This document shows, in pieces, positions 30,524 through 44,400 of a DNA stretch of 64,000 bases. Within the stretch, counting starts at the first letter, position 1. Each line of letters starts with the position of its first letter. The stretch comes from Macrostomum lignano (Eukaryota): the NCBI GenBank assembly GCA_002269645.1, contig NIVC01000600.1, forward strand, positions 238,638 to 302,637, in the 5' to 3' direction. Position numbers and translations under genes: made by a program. A model generated the notes under the pieces. It ran no database searches, was not told the DNA's origin, and was given only the letters and a program-made list of their open reading frames with translations.

Positions 30524-31284
30524 TTTGCCTTCTTTGTACCTCGCAGTAGTAGCTTGGTCTCTCAAAGCTAATACAGACAGCCGCCCATAGTTACTAAAAA
30601 ACTGGAAACCAGCTACTCATATAACCGTGCAAAAAGAAAGAGAGAGATGAGGAGAAGAGGTTTTAGCTGTACTTGCCTCGAGAACAATAGCAGCTGGATT
30701 GGTCTTGGGCAGGATTGGCCTAGCCGGGGCCGTACGCAGCTCTGCGTCCAGAAAGACTGCTCTCATTCACGATAGAGTAGATGCTTGGTGCAGGATTGAG
30801 AGGGGAGAGATGAGGAGGAGAAGCTGAGGAGAATGCTGGCGCGTGAGGAACGGTACCGATGGGGTGCACATGTTGGGGGATCTGGCTGGGAGACGCAGGA
30901 GTAGGGGGGGGGGGTGAAACAGAGACACACAGAGCTTAAAGAAAGTAGGCAGTGAGATCAAGCTGCCTGGCTGTCCAACCCGCTACTTTGCTCAACGCGC
31001 CATTCACAAGGGTGTGAGCCGGTGCTGGCTGGAATTCGCTAGACCGCTGGTTGCAGGCTTAACCTCGGGCGGGGGGGGAGGCTGGGCGAACTTTGAACAA
31101 AAGCAAAGCTGAGTGCCATGAAAGAATTCTACGCTGTGAACTGCCTGACAGTGACTGTTGTCTCAATTCACACAGTGTGCCATGCAGTTCTCGTTTAATT
31201 GTGAATGCACAATAGCCATTCTCCTGTTGGTCACTCCGGTTCTGTCACTCTTATTTTGTCACTCTTACTTCGTCATCTCATTCT

Positions 31285-31885
31285 TTGATTCTCAGCCACT
31301 CCTATCCTATCACTCTCGATCGGTCACTCTTAATCAGTCACTCTCGATCGGTCACTCTTAATCAGTCACTCTCGATCGGTCACTCTCAATCTGTCACTCT
31401 CAATCAGTCACTCTCAATCAGTCACTCTCAATCACTCTCAATAAGTCACTCTCAATCAGGTCACTCTCAATCAGTCACTCTCAATTGGTCACTCTTAATC
31501 GGTCACTCTCAAGCGGTCACTCTCAATCAGTCACACTTAATCGGTCAATCTCAATCGATCACTCTCAATCGATCCTCAGCCGGTCACTCTTAATCGGTCA
31601 CTCTCAATTCGTCACTCTCACTCTCAATCGGTCACTCTCAATCGGTCACTCTAAAGCGGTCACTCTCAATCGATCATTCTGAATCGGTCACTCTCAATCG
31701 ATCACTCTCAGCCGGTCACTCTCAATCGGTCACTCTCTATTCGTCACTCTCACTCTCAATCGGTCACTCTCAATCGGTCACTCTCAATCGGTCACTCTAA
31801 AGCGGTCACTCTCAATCGATCACTCTCAGCCGGTCACTCTCAATCGGTCACTCTCTATTCGTCACTCTCACTCTCAATCGGTCAC
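31285..31885. repeat. ~14-bp degenerate tandem repeat (CGGTCACTCTCAAT)n
   Basis: About 40 units. Confidence 0.93.
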
Positions 31886-34079
31886 TATTATTTCTTCATT
31901 TATATATTCTGCCAAACCGACCGCTAATTATGACTGCAATTCTCAAAGACTGGATTACAACGCATTTTTGAACCTGTGATTCTGTCACGAGATTAGATTC
32001 TTAACTATTGTAACAGCAATCACTCCTGTACAATCATTTTGATAGATAAATGCTTCCAATTTAGTGAAATTATACTCATACGAGTGCGCGGTGTTCTAGT
32101 GTGTGTTTGCCGCAGTACTCTCTCACTCTCACAGTACGTAATTTATTTGGTCAGGTTTGGTCCAGATTGTTTTCTTTTGTGAATAACAAGCCTCTAGCTC
32201 TGCTCGTTCGCCTCTATCTACTGCGAGTATTCGGCAGCTTCAGAGTGGCTATGATATCTGGAGAATTAAACGATTTAATTCTCCTCAAAAGTTAACTACT
32301 TTTTTCCATAGACTACGGACTGGCCACAAACACTGTATATTTAACATTGTAGAATTTTAATCGAATTTCATTTCATATAGGATAAAAGCCGTTTAATTCA
32401 TCATATAGTCTATGGTATAGGGATTAGAAATTAGAAAATCGGGACAAAATAAAGGTTCACTAAAGGGCAAAATAAGAAGCTAAAAGCAGGGGGCGAAATT
32501 TCAATTTAAAGATAGGACTCCTAAGTGAGAGAAATTAAAGAACGTCAAGAAGCGTAAGAAATCATAGATAAGAACCAGAGTATTGAGGTCGCCTAGTATA
32601 GAGTGCCAATAAGGATGAAAATCTGAAGCCGATTTTTAGAATCCACCCACCCCCTCCGGTCACCAAGCTTTTTAGTCTATGGCACAAGTTGTGTATCGAC
32701 GACGGCAACTGAGTCTGGTGACTGAGAGCGATGTTACTACATAACGCGTAGATTCTGCCGGGTTTTCAGAATTCTGACGCAAAAAACGCAAATTATACTA
32801 CTATTCGAAAATGAAGTAAGTAGTATACAAAAACGCTATCCTAAGCGTGATATACGGTAATATGTAATTGTAATAATCCATGTGCTCATATTAATTCCAT
32901 GTACATTAATCCCTATCTATCTCAAAATGTACATTAATCCCATGTACATTAATCCCTATCCCAAATGTCTATCCCCAATTCTATATGTACACTCACATTA
33001 ATCTACAGTGTCATCCCCAGACGGTCTGAGCGCGCACCAAAATTACAACTCGAAACCCTACTACATGTACAATCTCATACAAATGAGTCAACACCCAAGT
33101 TTTACAAACCACGTTATATACATATTCCTATTTATATGTCAATTATTCAAAATCTACATGTAGCTGATTACACTACTACCTTTAGTAGAGTTACAAATCA
33201 AGATTCTATTGAAAAAGACTGTATTCATATAGTTTTCACATTGGAAAAGCGTATATTTTCATTTCAATAATTGAAAAAGAGAGCAAAAACAGTAAGGAGA
33301 CAACAGCAAGTTGAGACTTAATTATAGCCTGTACTACCAAACCCTCCTGCACCGCGAATTGAGTGGCTGCCAGCGGCCTCCTCATCGCCATTCCCTCTAG
33401 TATATCCTCACCCCTCGAAGCCCCTATACTGAATGTTGAATCACCCTTTAACTCGGACCATAGTCAAATTCAACCCTGTTCGAAAACAGCCACCCCTCCG
33501 ATGTTTACCAGACACAGCGCAGACCCCATAACAAATCGAGCTAAATTTTAACACTCGCCCCTGTTTTCTCTGTCCCCCTTCTAAATGCCAAGGAATTTCG
33601 ACCCTCTCTCCATTTTCAGTGTACAGACAGATCTTTCCACAGCACAGATCCTATATTAAACTTCAAAACCCCTCTCTTCTCCGATTACGTCATCCATGCC
33701 GCCCCAGTTAGCAAGATACCAACTTTTAATGCACACATCAACCCGCGAGCAAATCCGAGTCAACCTCTACCTGCATTGACAAACCCCAGCTGCATTTGTA
33801 AATGTACACAGCCTATGAATCAGTGTCTCCTCCGCATACAATTCCGAGACTGAATTCTATGTATGTTCAAATAAATACTTTGACACTATAACCCATGCGG
33901 TATACTAGAAGTAGTGAAGTCCACCCGCCCAAAAACGGGCTGCTATGCCAATTCTATCGCCTCCCCTACCTTCTCACTTCAAGCTTTCAGACTCGGTCTT
34001 TGAGACGGTCGGTTTAATCTGTTAGAAGCAGGAATGAATCATGCACTGACCTCTCCATACAAAGTAAAGTTGGAATTTC

Positions 34080-35240
34080 AGACAAAAAATTTGGTTATTT
34101 TAAAAGCTAAATGACTAGAAATGCACATTTTTTCATTAAAATGCAGCTTTTTACAGTTTTTTTTTACGATTTTAACCTTAAAATGCAGACTTTGTTGATC
34201 AAAATCAGTAGTTTCATCACTAGAAACCATACTTTCAACAGCTAATTTGTCCAAATGTCGCTTTCAACTTGACCTTAGACTGCTTTTAAGCAGGAATGAA
34301 CCCCACACAAACATCCACAAGCCAGCCCAAAATCATCCAAAGACATGGCTATTGAAGCCTAAATTGCTAGAAATGCGCATTTTTTTTCATAAGAAAATAC
34401 AAATTTTCACAGTTTTTATGCATTTTTACGTTAAAATGCAGACTTTATTGATCAAAATCAGTAGTTTCATCACTAGAAACCATACTTTCAGCAACTAATT
34501 TGTCCAAATATCGCTTTCAACTTGACCTTAGACAGCTTTTAAGCAGGAATGAACCCCCCACGAACATACACAAGCTAGCCCAAAATCATCCAAAGACGGC
34601 TGTTGAAGACTAAATTGCTAGAAATGAGCATTTTTTCAAAAGAAAACACAAATTTTCACAGTTTTTACGCATTTTTTCGTTAAAATGCAGACTTTATTGA
34701 TCAAAATCAGTAATTCATCACTAAAAACCACAATTTTAACACAAAATTATCACAAATGCTACTTCTGGAACTCTGAGACAGCTTTGAGCAGGAATTATAA
34801 TCGCACACGGATTACCCGAGCCAGTCCAATATTCCACTGAAGCCAGGGTTTTTTAAAGCTGAATTGTTAGAATTGCTCATTCTTTCGTTTAATAAATGAC
34901 AATTTTCACAGTTTTTTTATTTTCTAACGTTAAAATGCGAAATGTATTGGTCAAACTTAGTAGTTTCATCCCAAAAGCCATAATTTCAACCGCTAATTTG
35001 TCCAAATGCTGATTTCAAAGTTGGCAAGAGACAGCTTTCGAGCAGGAATGAGTCACACACTGATCTCCATATGCGCACCCCGGCCCAAGTTGGAATTCCA
35101 CCCAAGACATTTTCATTGAAAGCTAAATTACTAGAAATTGCACATTTTCGTTTTAAAAAGGTCAATTTTCACAGTTTTTACTCTTTTTAACGTTAAAATG
35201 TTGACTTTATTGAACAAAATTAATCACTTCATCAGCAGAA
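34080..35240. repeat. ~250-bp tandem units (about 5 diverged copies) inside the left fold-back arm; mirrored at ~42310-43470
   Basis: AAAATGCAGACTTT..GATCAAAATCAGTAGTTTCATCACTAGAAACCA recurs at ~34180, 34435, 34685 and in diverged form at ~34930 and 35195. Confidence 0.8.
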
Positions 35241-35683
35241 ACCATAATTTTTACAACTTAATGCTGTTTCATCATTCAAATGTATGTATTTGGTACGTGT
35301 AATACCCCTCAAGAAGTCAGGGAAGGGATTATTCTTGAATATTGGGTTAAAACGTACAGTTTGCTATAAACCTAGCTATAATAATTTTAACATATACAGT
35401 CGGCGAAGCGGCCCGTTGATTTCGATTGACATTTAAACTGTCCCTCCCAGACCTCTCTCTCTCTCTCCTTCTGCACCCACCGAGAAAAGTGACTCATGCG
35501 GCAATCAGCTGGACAGGTTTTATTACTGAATTGGCAAAACAGCCAACACCCAATGGTCATATTAGACTCGTCTTCACAGCACAGACCCATGTAGAACAGA
35601 ACCACTCGTCCCTGTCTCTCTGACCTTACCATTTCTAACTGTCAAGGAATTCCGACCCTCCCTCTCCAATTTCAGTGTACAAA

Positions 35684-38445
35684 CTAGCAATCAGTGCCCC
35701 CCGTTGGGGAGCCAAAAAATGCAGTACAAGTTTTTTTAATAAACTACATGTAAGCGTCTCTTTGCATTATACCTTGTAAGCCTTGACATGTCAGAAAATC
35801 CCCCCACAAGCCTTAGCATATCAACCGCCTTGACATCTTAGCAATGCCCCATAAGCCTTGCAATCTTAAAAAATCTGTCAACCTTCTAACCCTAACCCTA
35901 GCCCTAACCCTAAAGCATTGACATTTCAGTAATTCTCTCCAACAGTCATTATAGCACTACAGCATTATAGCGATTCCCTGCAAGCCTCGACATCGTAGGG
36001 ATTCCCAAATGATCTCTTAACTTCGACATGAAGCTTCTTTTATTTTTTACATTAGGGCCTACGCTTTTTCTATCAGCGATCCCTCCCCTGAGGAGCGAAC
36101 AAATAATGTAATAAAAAGTTTTCAATAAACCACATGTAGCTTCTGACTTTAGCCTTGAAATCTCATTTATACCCCAGTGAGCCTTGACATCTCAGCTATT
36201 ACCCTCATAAGCCTTGACATGTCAGCAATGCCCCCCATAAACCTTGAAATCTGAAAAATCCCCTGCTAACCTTGAAACCCGATAAAATATAACCCTCAAC
36301 CCAAACCTGACCTAAACCTAACTTTAACCCAACATAAAGCCTTAAAATCTCAGCAATTCTTCTCCCCTAAGCCTTGACAATTTAGTGATTCTTTTTTTCA
36401 AGAATCACATCACTATAGCGATACCCTCCCCAAGCCTTGACATTGTAGCAATTCCCAAATGAATCTTTTAACTTCGACATGACTCTTCTTTTATGTATAC
36501 ATAGTGCTTCTTTTCTTTTTTACATGACTCTTCTTCTATCAGCGCCCCCCCGTGGCGAGCCAACAAAGAATGTAATAAAAAAATTGAGTAAAGTACATGT
36601 ACTTTGAAGTAGCTTCTGACTTTTGCTTTGACATCTCAGAAACCCCCCCCCGTAATCTCAGTTATTCTCCGTGAGCCTTGACATCTCAGTAAGTCTCCCC
36701 AGCACAGCACAATAGCCTCATTTAATTTTTACATGACACTTCTTTCATGTCTGACATTTTTTATTGTCACTTGATTTTTGATGTCAGTAAGATTTTTTTA
36801 CATGACACTTCTTTCATGTCTGACATTTTTTATTGTCACTTGATTTTTGATGTCAGTAAGATTTTTTTACATGACGCTTTCATGATTGTTTACATGACGC
36901 TTTCAAGATTGTTTACATGACGCTTCTATGATTGTTTACATGACGCTTCTATGATTGTTTACATGACGCTTCTATGATTTTTTACATGACGCTTCTATGA
37001 TTGTTTACATGGCACTTCTATGATTGTTTACATGGCACTTCTATGATTTTTTACATGACGCTTCTATGATTTTTTACATGACGCTTTCATGATTGTTTGC
37101 ATGACGCTTCTATGATTTTTTTACATGACGATTCTATGATTGTTTACATGACGCTTCTATGATTCTCTACATGACGCTTCTATGATTTTTTACATGACGC
37201 TTCTATGATTGTTTACATGACGCTTCTTTGATTCTCTACATGACGCTTCTATGATTTTTTACATGACGCTTCTATGATTGTTTACATGACGCTTCTATGA
37301 TTGTTTACATGACGCTTCTATGATTTTTTAAATGACGTTTTTTTGATATTTATCTGACGCTTCTATGATTTTTTAAATGACGCTTCTATGATTGTTTATA
37401 TGACGCTTTTACGATTTTTTACATGACGCTTCTATGATTTTTTACATGACGCTTCTATGCTTTTTACATGACGCTTCTATGATTTTTACATGATACTTCT
37501 ATGATTTTTTACATGAAGCTTCTATGATTGTTTACATGACGCTTCTATGATTGTTTACATGACGCTTCTATGATTTTTTACATGACGCTTCTATGATTGT
37601 TTGCATGACGTTTCTATGATTTTTTACATGACGCTTCTACGATTTTTTACATGACGCTTCTATGATTGTTTACATGACGCTTCTATGATTCTCTACATGA
37701 CGCTTCTATGATTTTTTACATGACACTTTTATGCTTTTTACATGATGCTTCCACGATTTTTTACATGACACTTCCACGATTTTTTACATGACGCTTCTAT
37801 GATTTTTTACATGACGCTTCTATGATTTTTTTAGTTTCCTTGGCGTTAAAAAGCTTTAATTAAAAAAACTCTACTCTCTAAAAATTCGAACCATCGTTTC
37901 TGCATTTAGCAGTTCAGTCTGTTTACCTCTAGGCTAGCTCTCATCGTTTTGATAACATGAATTCAGCACTTATAATTATAAGTTTCAAAACTCCAAGCAT
38001 AGAGTAAATCACACGAGGCAGTTATGACATAATCAATTTCTCAGTCAGTCAGTATCAGTTAACAATATGGTTGCGCAATCTAAATCAAGTCTGGTGCTAC
38101 GCTTCCACACTGCATTTTCAATACTGTGACGCAATTCAAGTTGGAGTTACAATTCAGTTATGATGTAATCCATTTCAGAATCAGAATTCAACCAGTCAGT
38201 TTTTTCTCTAGCATTCTTACAATGCATTTCAAGTCGAAAAGTTTGCTTGACCTTTGCAAAAAAGCATGTTTTTCGAATATTTAATGCCTTTAGCATCGAG
38301 CAATTTCTTAGCCACGATGCATGTACCGTCACGGGAAAATTTCTAATCGAACAGTGCAAGTTCGAACAAAATCGGTCCAGCCATTTTTTCTCTAATCTAT
38401 CACATATATATATATAGATAGACATCACATTTTTAGTATATAGGA
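35684..38445 (-). mobile_element. non-autonomous Helitron-like element (2762 bp) inserted in the left fold-back arm
   Basis: On the minus strand it begins TCCTATATACTAAAA and ends with a GC hairpin (35696-35712) + CTAG. No TSD. The right arm shows the exact empty site (ATCTG|TTTGTAC); its length equals the 2762-bp offset between the two symmetry axes. Confidence 0.85.
36740..37830. repeat. 23/24-bp minisatellite (ACATGACGCTTCTATGATTGTTT)n inside the Helitron-like element
   Basis: About 45 units. Confidence 0.95.
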
Positions 38446-41400
38446 CAGATATTTTCACAGCACAGACTCATATATTGAGCCTCCTCCAACCAAAACCCTA
38501 TCTTGATTACGTCATCCACCTCCCCATAGGAGCAGTTAGCAAGAAACAAAATTTTTCGATGCACATATGAACACTGTGGACCATGCAAAATCGCACATCT
38601 ACGGGTCGATTTTGATTGACAATTTAATACCTTTTGTTGATGCTGCTGTGTACAGTAGTCTTATTTCCGAAGCTCCTAGCAGTCATCTTTTAGATGTGGT
38701 GAATCAGTGTTGTTTTTGCCAACTTTACATCTTGATTCATCCTCCAAATTCTTCAACTCTGACCATCAATAATTTAACCCATGCAAGTAGATTTGCCAAT
38801 TCGCCAAATTAGCCAATACGAATGGGGCCAGAGGACCCACCCAAATCGAGCCCTTGTCTCTCTCAGGCCTCTCTCTCCTACACATACCCCAGAAAAGTGA
38901 CTCATGAGGCAATCAGTTTAACAGGTTCAGTATACTGAATTGGCAAAACAGCAAACACCCAATGGTCAATGGACTCGTCTTCGCAGCACAGACCATTTTG
39001 AATAAAGCCAAAACACACATACACCCCTATTCTCTGACCAAACCTTTCCATTTCTAGTTGTCAACGAAATTCGACCGGCCTCTCTCTCAATCCCAATGTA
39101 CATTTTGACGAAGCAAGCAGATCTTTTCACAGCACGGACCCAGCCTCCCCCAACCAAAGCCCTATCTCTGATTACGTCATCTATACATCCCCATAGAAGC
39201 AGTTAGCAAGAAAAAAATTTCGATGCACATATATGAACAATGCGAACCAAGCAAATCCGCGCGTCTACCAAAGCCAACCCTACCCTGCGTGCTGTAATTG
39301 CATTTGTCAATGTACACACCCTATGAATCAGTGTCTCCTTCTTTGGAACACACGAAGGCATTAGTCAGAAAGTTTGGATGCAATTAAAAACTCTCTCGAT
39401 GCTTTGCGTATAAACGAGTAATCGATTGAATCAATTGTACACTTGACACATTTAATTACGTGCTGCCATGCAACGGAAAGACAGGATAATGGGGTGGGTG
39501 GTCACGCAGCCTCATTCTCTCTTTCCTACTGATTTTTCATTATCTATCAATCTCAGCTCTTTCCGGGGCAACTCGCGCATGTGTGCATAGTTCCTCATCA
39601 GATTTACCACATTTTCATTTACATGTGATGTACATATGCAAGCGGCAGCCGATTTAAACCTGAGAAATGGTTGAAGTACTCCCCCGACTACGACTAAATG
39701 CACGTACGTTCAGTCAAATACAGGAAAATTTGACACCCGTAGTATGAAGATGTAATCTTCACGAAAGCTTCACATGTTTATCTTTCTCTGTGGAAATGAC
39801 GATAGTTTCTCAATAAAAATCTGTCATAGGCCCAATATAGCAGTTTAAATATTTTCACGAAAATGTCGCATTCTTCCAAGAACTGATTTTTGCAAACTCT
39901 ACTGTCAGTAGGAAGATGAGTTTTCATAGAGACATTTTGTAAAACATAGACTAAACTTTCAAATTATTCGTTTACACGACCAACTGTCTATATTAATGGT
40001 GGGGTTATTATTACTTTACAGAAAAACGCATGTCCTGTGTTACGACACTGCCTAGCAACCGTATAATTTTATTAATACATGAACTAGCACTCCTATTATA
40101 CATTCATTGAGAGGCGGCGGCAGCGGGCGGAGGCGGCAGTAGAGACAGGGACTGTGCTGCGCACAGTCACGGTCCGGCCACCCTCCGCCCGCTGCCGCCG
40201 CCTCTCAATGAATGTATAATAGGAGTGCTAGTTCATGTATTAATAAAATTATACGGTTGCTAGGCAGTGTCGTAACACAGGACATGCGTTTTTCTGTAAA
40301 GTAATAATAACCCCACCATTAATATAGACAGTTGGTCGTGTAAACGAATAATTTGAAAGTTTAGTCTATGTTTTACAAAATGTCTCTATGAAAACTCATC
40401 TTCCTACTGACAGTAGAGTTTGCAAAAATCAGTTCTTGGAAGAATGCGACATTTTCGTGAAAATATTTAAACTGCTATATTGGGCCTATGACAGATTTTT
40501 ATTGAGAAACTATCGTCATTTCCACAGAGAAAGATAAACATGTGAAGCTTTCGTGAAGATTACATCTTCATACTACGGGTGTCAAATTTTCCTGTATTTG
40601 ACTGAACGTACGTGCATTTAGTCGTAGTCGGGGGAGTACTTCAACCATTTCTCAGGTTTAAATCGGCTGCCGCTTGCATATGTACATCACATGTAAATGA
40701 AAATGTGGTAAATCTGATGAGGAACTATGCACACATGCGCGAGTTGCCCCGGAAAGAGCTGAGATTGATAGATAATGAAAAATCAGTAGGAAAGAGAGAA
40801 TGAGGCTGCGTGACCACCCACCCCATTATCCTGTCTTTCCGTTGCATGGCAGCACGTAATTAAATGTGTCAAGTGTACAATTGATTCAATCGATTACTCG
40901 TTTATACGCAAAGCATCGAGAGAGTTTTTAATTGCATCCAAACTTTCTGACTAATGCCTTCGTGTGTTCCAAAGAAGGAGACACTGATTCATAGGGTGTG
41001 TACATTGACAAATGCAATTACAGCACGCAGGGTAGGGTTGGCTTTGGTAGACGCGCGGATTTGCTTGGTTCGCATTGTTCATATATGTGCATCGAAATTT
41101 TTTTCTTGCTAACTGCTTCTATGGGGATGTATAGATGACGTAATCAGAGATAGGGCTTTGGTTGGGGGAGGCTGGGTCCGTGCTGTGAAAAGATCTGCTT
41201 GCTTCGTCAAAATGTACATTGGGATTGAGAGAGAGGCCGGTCGAATTTCGTTGACAACTAGAAATGGAAAGGTTTGGTCAGAGAATAGGGGTGTATGTGT
41301 GTTTTGGCTTTATTCAAAATGGTCTGTGCTGCGAAGACGAGTCCATTGACCATTGGGTGTTTGCTGTTTTGCCAATTCAGTATACTGAACCTGTTAAACT

Positions 41401-44400
41401 GATTGCCTCATGAGTCACTTTTCTGGGGTATGTGTAGGAGAGAGAGGCCTGAGAGAGACAAGGGCTCGATTTGGGTGGGTCCTCTGGCCCCATTCGTATT
41501 GGCTAATTTGGCGAATTGGCAAATCTACTTGCATGGGTTAAATTATTGATGGTCAGAGTTGAAGAATTTGGAGGATGAATCAAGATGTAAAGTTGGCAAA
41601 AACAACACTGATTCACCACATCTAAAAGATGACTGCTAGGAGCTTCGGAAATAAGACTACTGTACACAGCAGCATCAACAAAAGGTATTAAATTGTCAAT
41701 CAAAATCGACCCGTAGATGTGCGATTTTGCATGGTCCACAGTGTTCATATGTGCATCGAAAAATTTTGTTTCTTGCTAACTGCTCCTATGGGGAGGTGGA
41801 TGACGTAATCAAGATAGGGTTTTGGTTGGAGGAGGCTCAATATATGAGTCTGTGCTGTGAAAATATCTGTTTGTACACTGAAATTGGAGAGGGAGGGTCG
41901 GAATTCCTTGACAGTTAGAAATGGTAAGGTCAGAGAGACAGGGACGAGTGGTTCTGTTCTACATGGGTCTGTGCTGTGAAGACGAGTCTAATATGACCAT
42001 TGGGTGTTGGCTGTTTTGCCAATTCAGTAATAAAACCTGTCCAGCTGATTGCCGCATGAGTCACTTTTCTCGGTGGGTGCAGAAGGAGAGAGAGAGAGGT
42101 CTGGGAGGGACAGTTTAAATGTCAATCGAAATCAACGGGCCGCTTCGCCGACTGTATATGTTAAAATTATTATAGCTAGGTTTATAGCAAACTGTACGTT
42201 TTAACCCAATATTCAAGAATAATCCCTTCCCTGACTTCTTGAGGGGTATTACACGTACCAAATACATACATTTGAATGATGAAACAGCATTAAGTTGTAA
42301 AAATTATGGTTTCTGCTGATGAAGTGATTAATTTTGTTCAATAAAGTCAACATTTTAACGTTAAAAAGAGTAAAAACTGTGAAAATTGACCTTTTTAAAA
42401 CGAAAATGTGCAATTTCTAGTAATTTAGCTTTCAATGAAAATGTCTTGGGTGGAATTCCAACTTGGGCCGGGGTGCGCATATGGAGATCAGTGTGTGACT
42501 CATTCCTGCTCGAAAGCTGTCTCTTGCCAACTTTGAAATCAGCATTTGGACAAATTAGCGGTTGAAATTATGGCTTTTGGGATGAAACTACTAAGTTTGA
42601 CCAATACATTTCGCATTTTAACGTTAGAAAATAAAAAAACTGTGAAAATTGTCATTTATTAAACGAAAGAATGAGCAATTCTAACAATTCAGCTTTAAAA
42701 AACCCTGGCTTCAGTGGAATATTGGACTGGCTCGGGTAATCCGTGTGCGATTATAATTCCTGCTCAAAGCTGTCTCAGAGTTCCAGAAGTAGCATTTGTG
42801 ATAATTTTGTGTTAAAATTGTGGTTTTTAGTGATGAATTACTGATTTTGATCAATAAAGTCTGCATTTTAACGAAAAAATGCGTAAAAACTGTGAAAATT
42901 TGTGTTTTCTTTTGAAAAAATGCTCATTTCTAGCAATTTAGTCTTCAACAGCCGTCTTTGGATGATTTTGGGCTAGCTTGTGTATGTTCGTGGGGGTTCA
43001 TTCCTGCTTAAAAGCTGTCTAAGGTCAAGTTGAAAGCGATATTTGGACAAATTAGTTGCTGAAAGTATGGTTTCTAGTGATGAAACTACTGATTTTGATC
43101 AATAAAGTCTGCATTTTAACGTAAAAATGCATAAAAACTGTGAAAATTTGTATTTTCTTATGAAAAAAATGCGCATTTCTAGCAATTTAGGCTTCAATAG
43201 CCATGTCTTTGGATGATTTTGGGCTGGCTTGTGGATGTTTGTGTGGGGTTCATTCCTGCTTAAAAGCAGTCTAAGGTCAAGTTGAAAGCGACATTTGGAC
43301 AAATTAGCTGTTGAAAGTATGGTTTCTAGTGATGAAACTACTGATTTTGATCAACAAAGTCTGCATTTTAAGGTTAAAATCGTAAAAAAAAACTGTAAAA
43401 AGCTGCATTTTAATGAAAAAATGTGCATTTCTAGTCATTTAGCTTTTAAAATAACCAAATTTTTTGTCTGAAATTCCAACTTTACTTTGTATGGAGAGGT
43501 CAGTGCATGATTCATTCCTGCTTCTAACAGATTAAACCGACCGTCTCAAAGACCGAGTCTGAAAGCTTGAAGTGAGAAGGTAGGGGAGGCGATAGAATTG
43601 GCATAGCAGCCCGTTTTTGGGCGGGTGGACTTCACTACTTCTAGTATACCGCATGGGTTATAGTGTCAAAGTATTTATTTGAACATACATAGAATTCAGT
43701 CTCGGAATTGTATGCGGAGGAGACACTGATTCATAGGCTGTGTACATTTACAAATGCAGCTGGGGTTTGTCAATGCAGGTAGAGGTTGACTCGGATTTGC
43801 TCGCGGGGTTGATGTGTGCATTAAAAGTTGGTATCTTGCTAACTGGGGCGGCATGGATGACGTAATCGGAGAAGAGAGGGGTTTTGAAGTTTAATATAGG
43901 ATCTGTGCTGTGGAAAGATCTGTCTGTACACTGAAAATGGAGAGAGGGTCGAAATTCCTTGGCATTTAGAAGGGGGGACAGAGAAAACAGGGGCGAGTGT
44001 TAAAATTTAGCTCGATTTGTTATGGGGTCTGCGCTGTGTCTGGTAAACATCGGAGGGGTGGCTGTTTTCGAACAGGGTTGAATTTGACTATGGTCCGAGT
44101 TAAAGGGTGATTCAACATTCAGTATAGGGGCTTCGAGGGGTGAGGATATACTAGAGGGAATGGCGATGAGGAGGCCGCTGGCAGCCACTCAATTCGCGGT
44201 GCAGGAGGGTTTGGTAGTACAGGCTATAATTAAGTCTCAACTTGCTGTTGTCTCCTTACTGTTTTTGCTCTCTTTTTCAATTATTGAAATGAAAATATAC
44301 GCTTTTCCAATGTGAAAACTATATGAATACAGTCTTTTTCAATAGAATCTTGATTTGTAACTCTACTAAAGGTAGTAGTGTAATCAGCTACATGTAGATT

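Noticed and set aside
29900-30549. PSPTSL / VRWVTG repeat ORFs
   Set aside because: 18-bp minisatellite inside the ssSPT intron.
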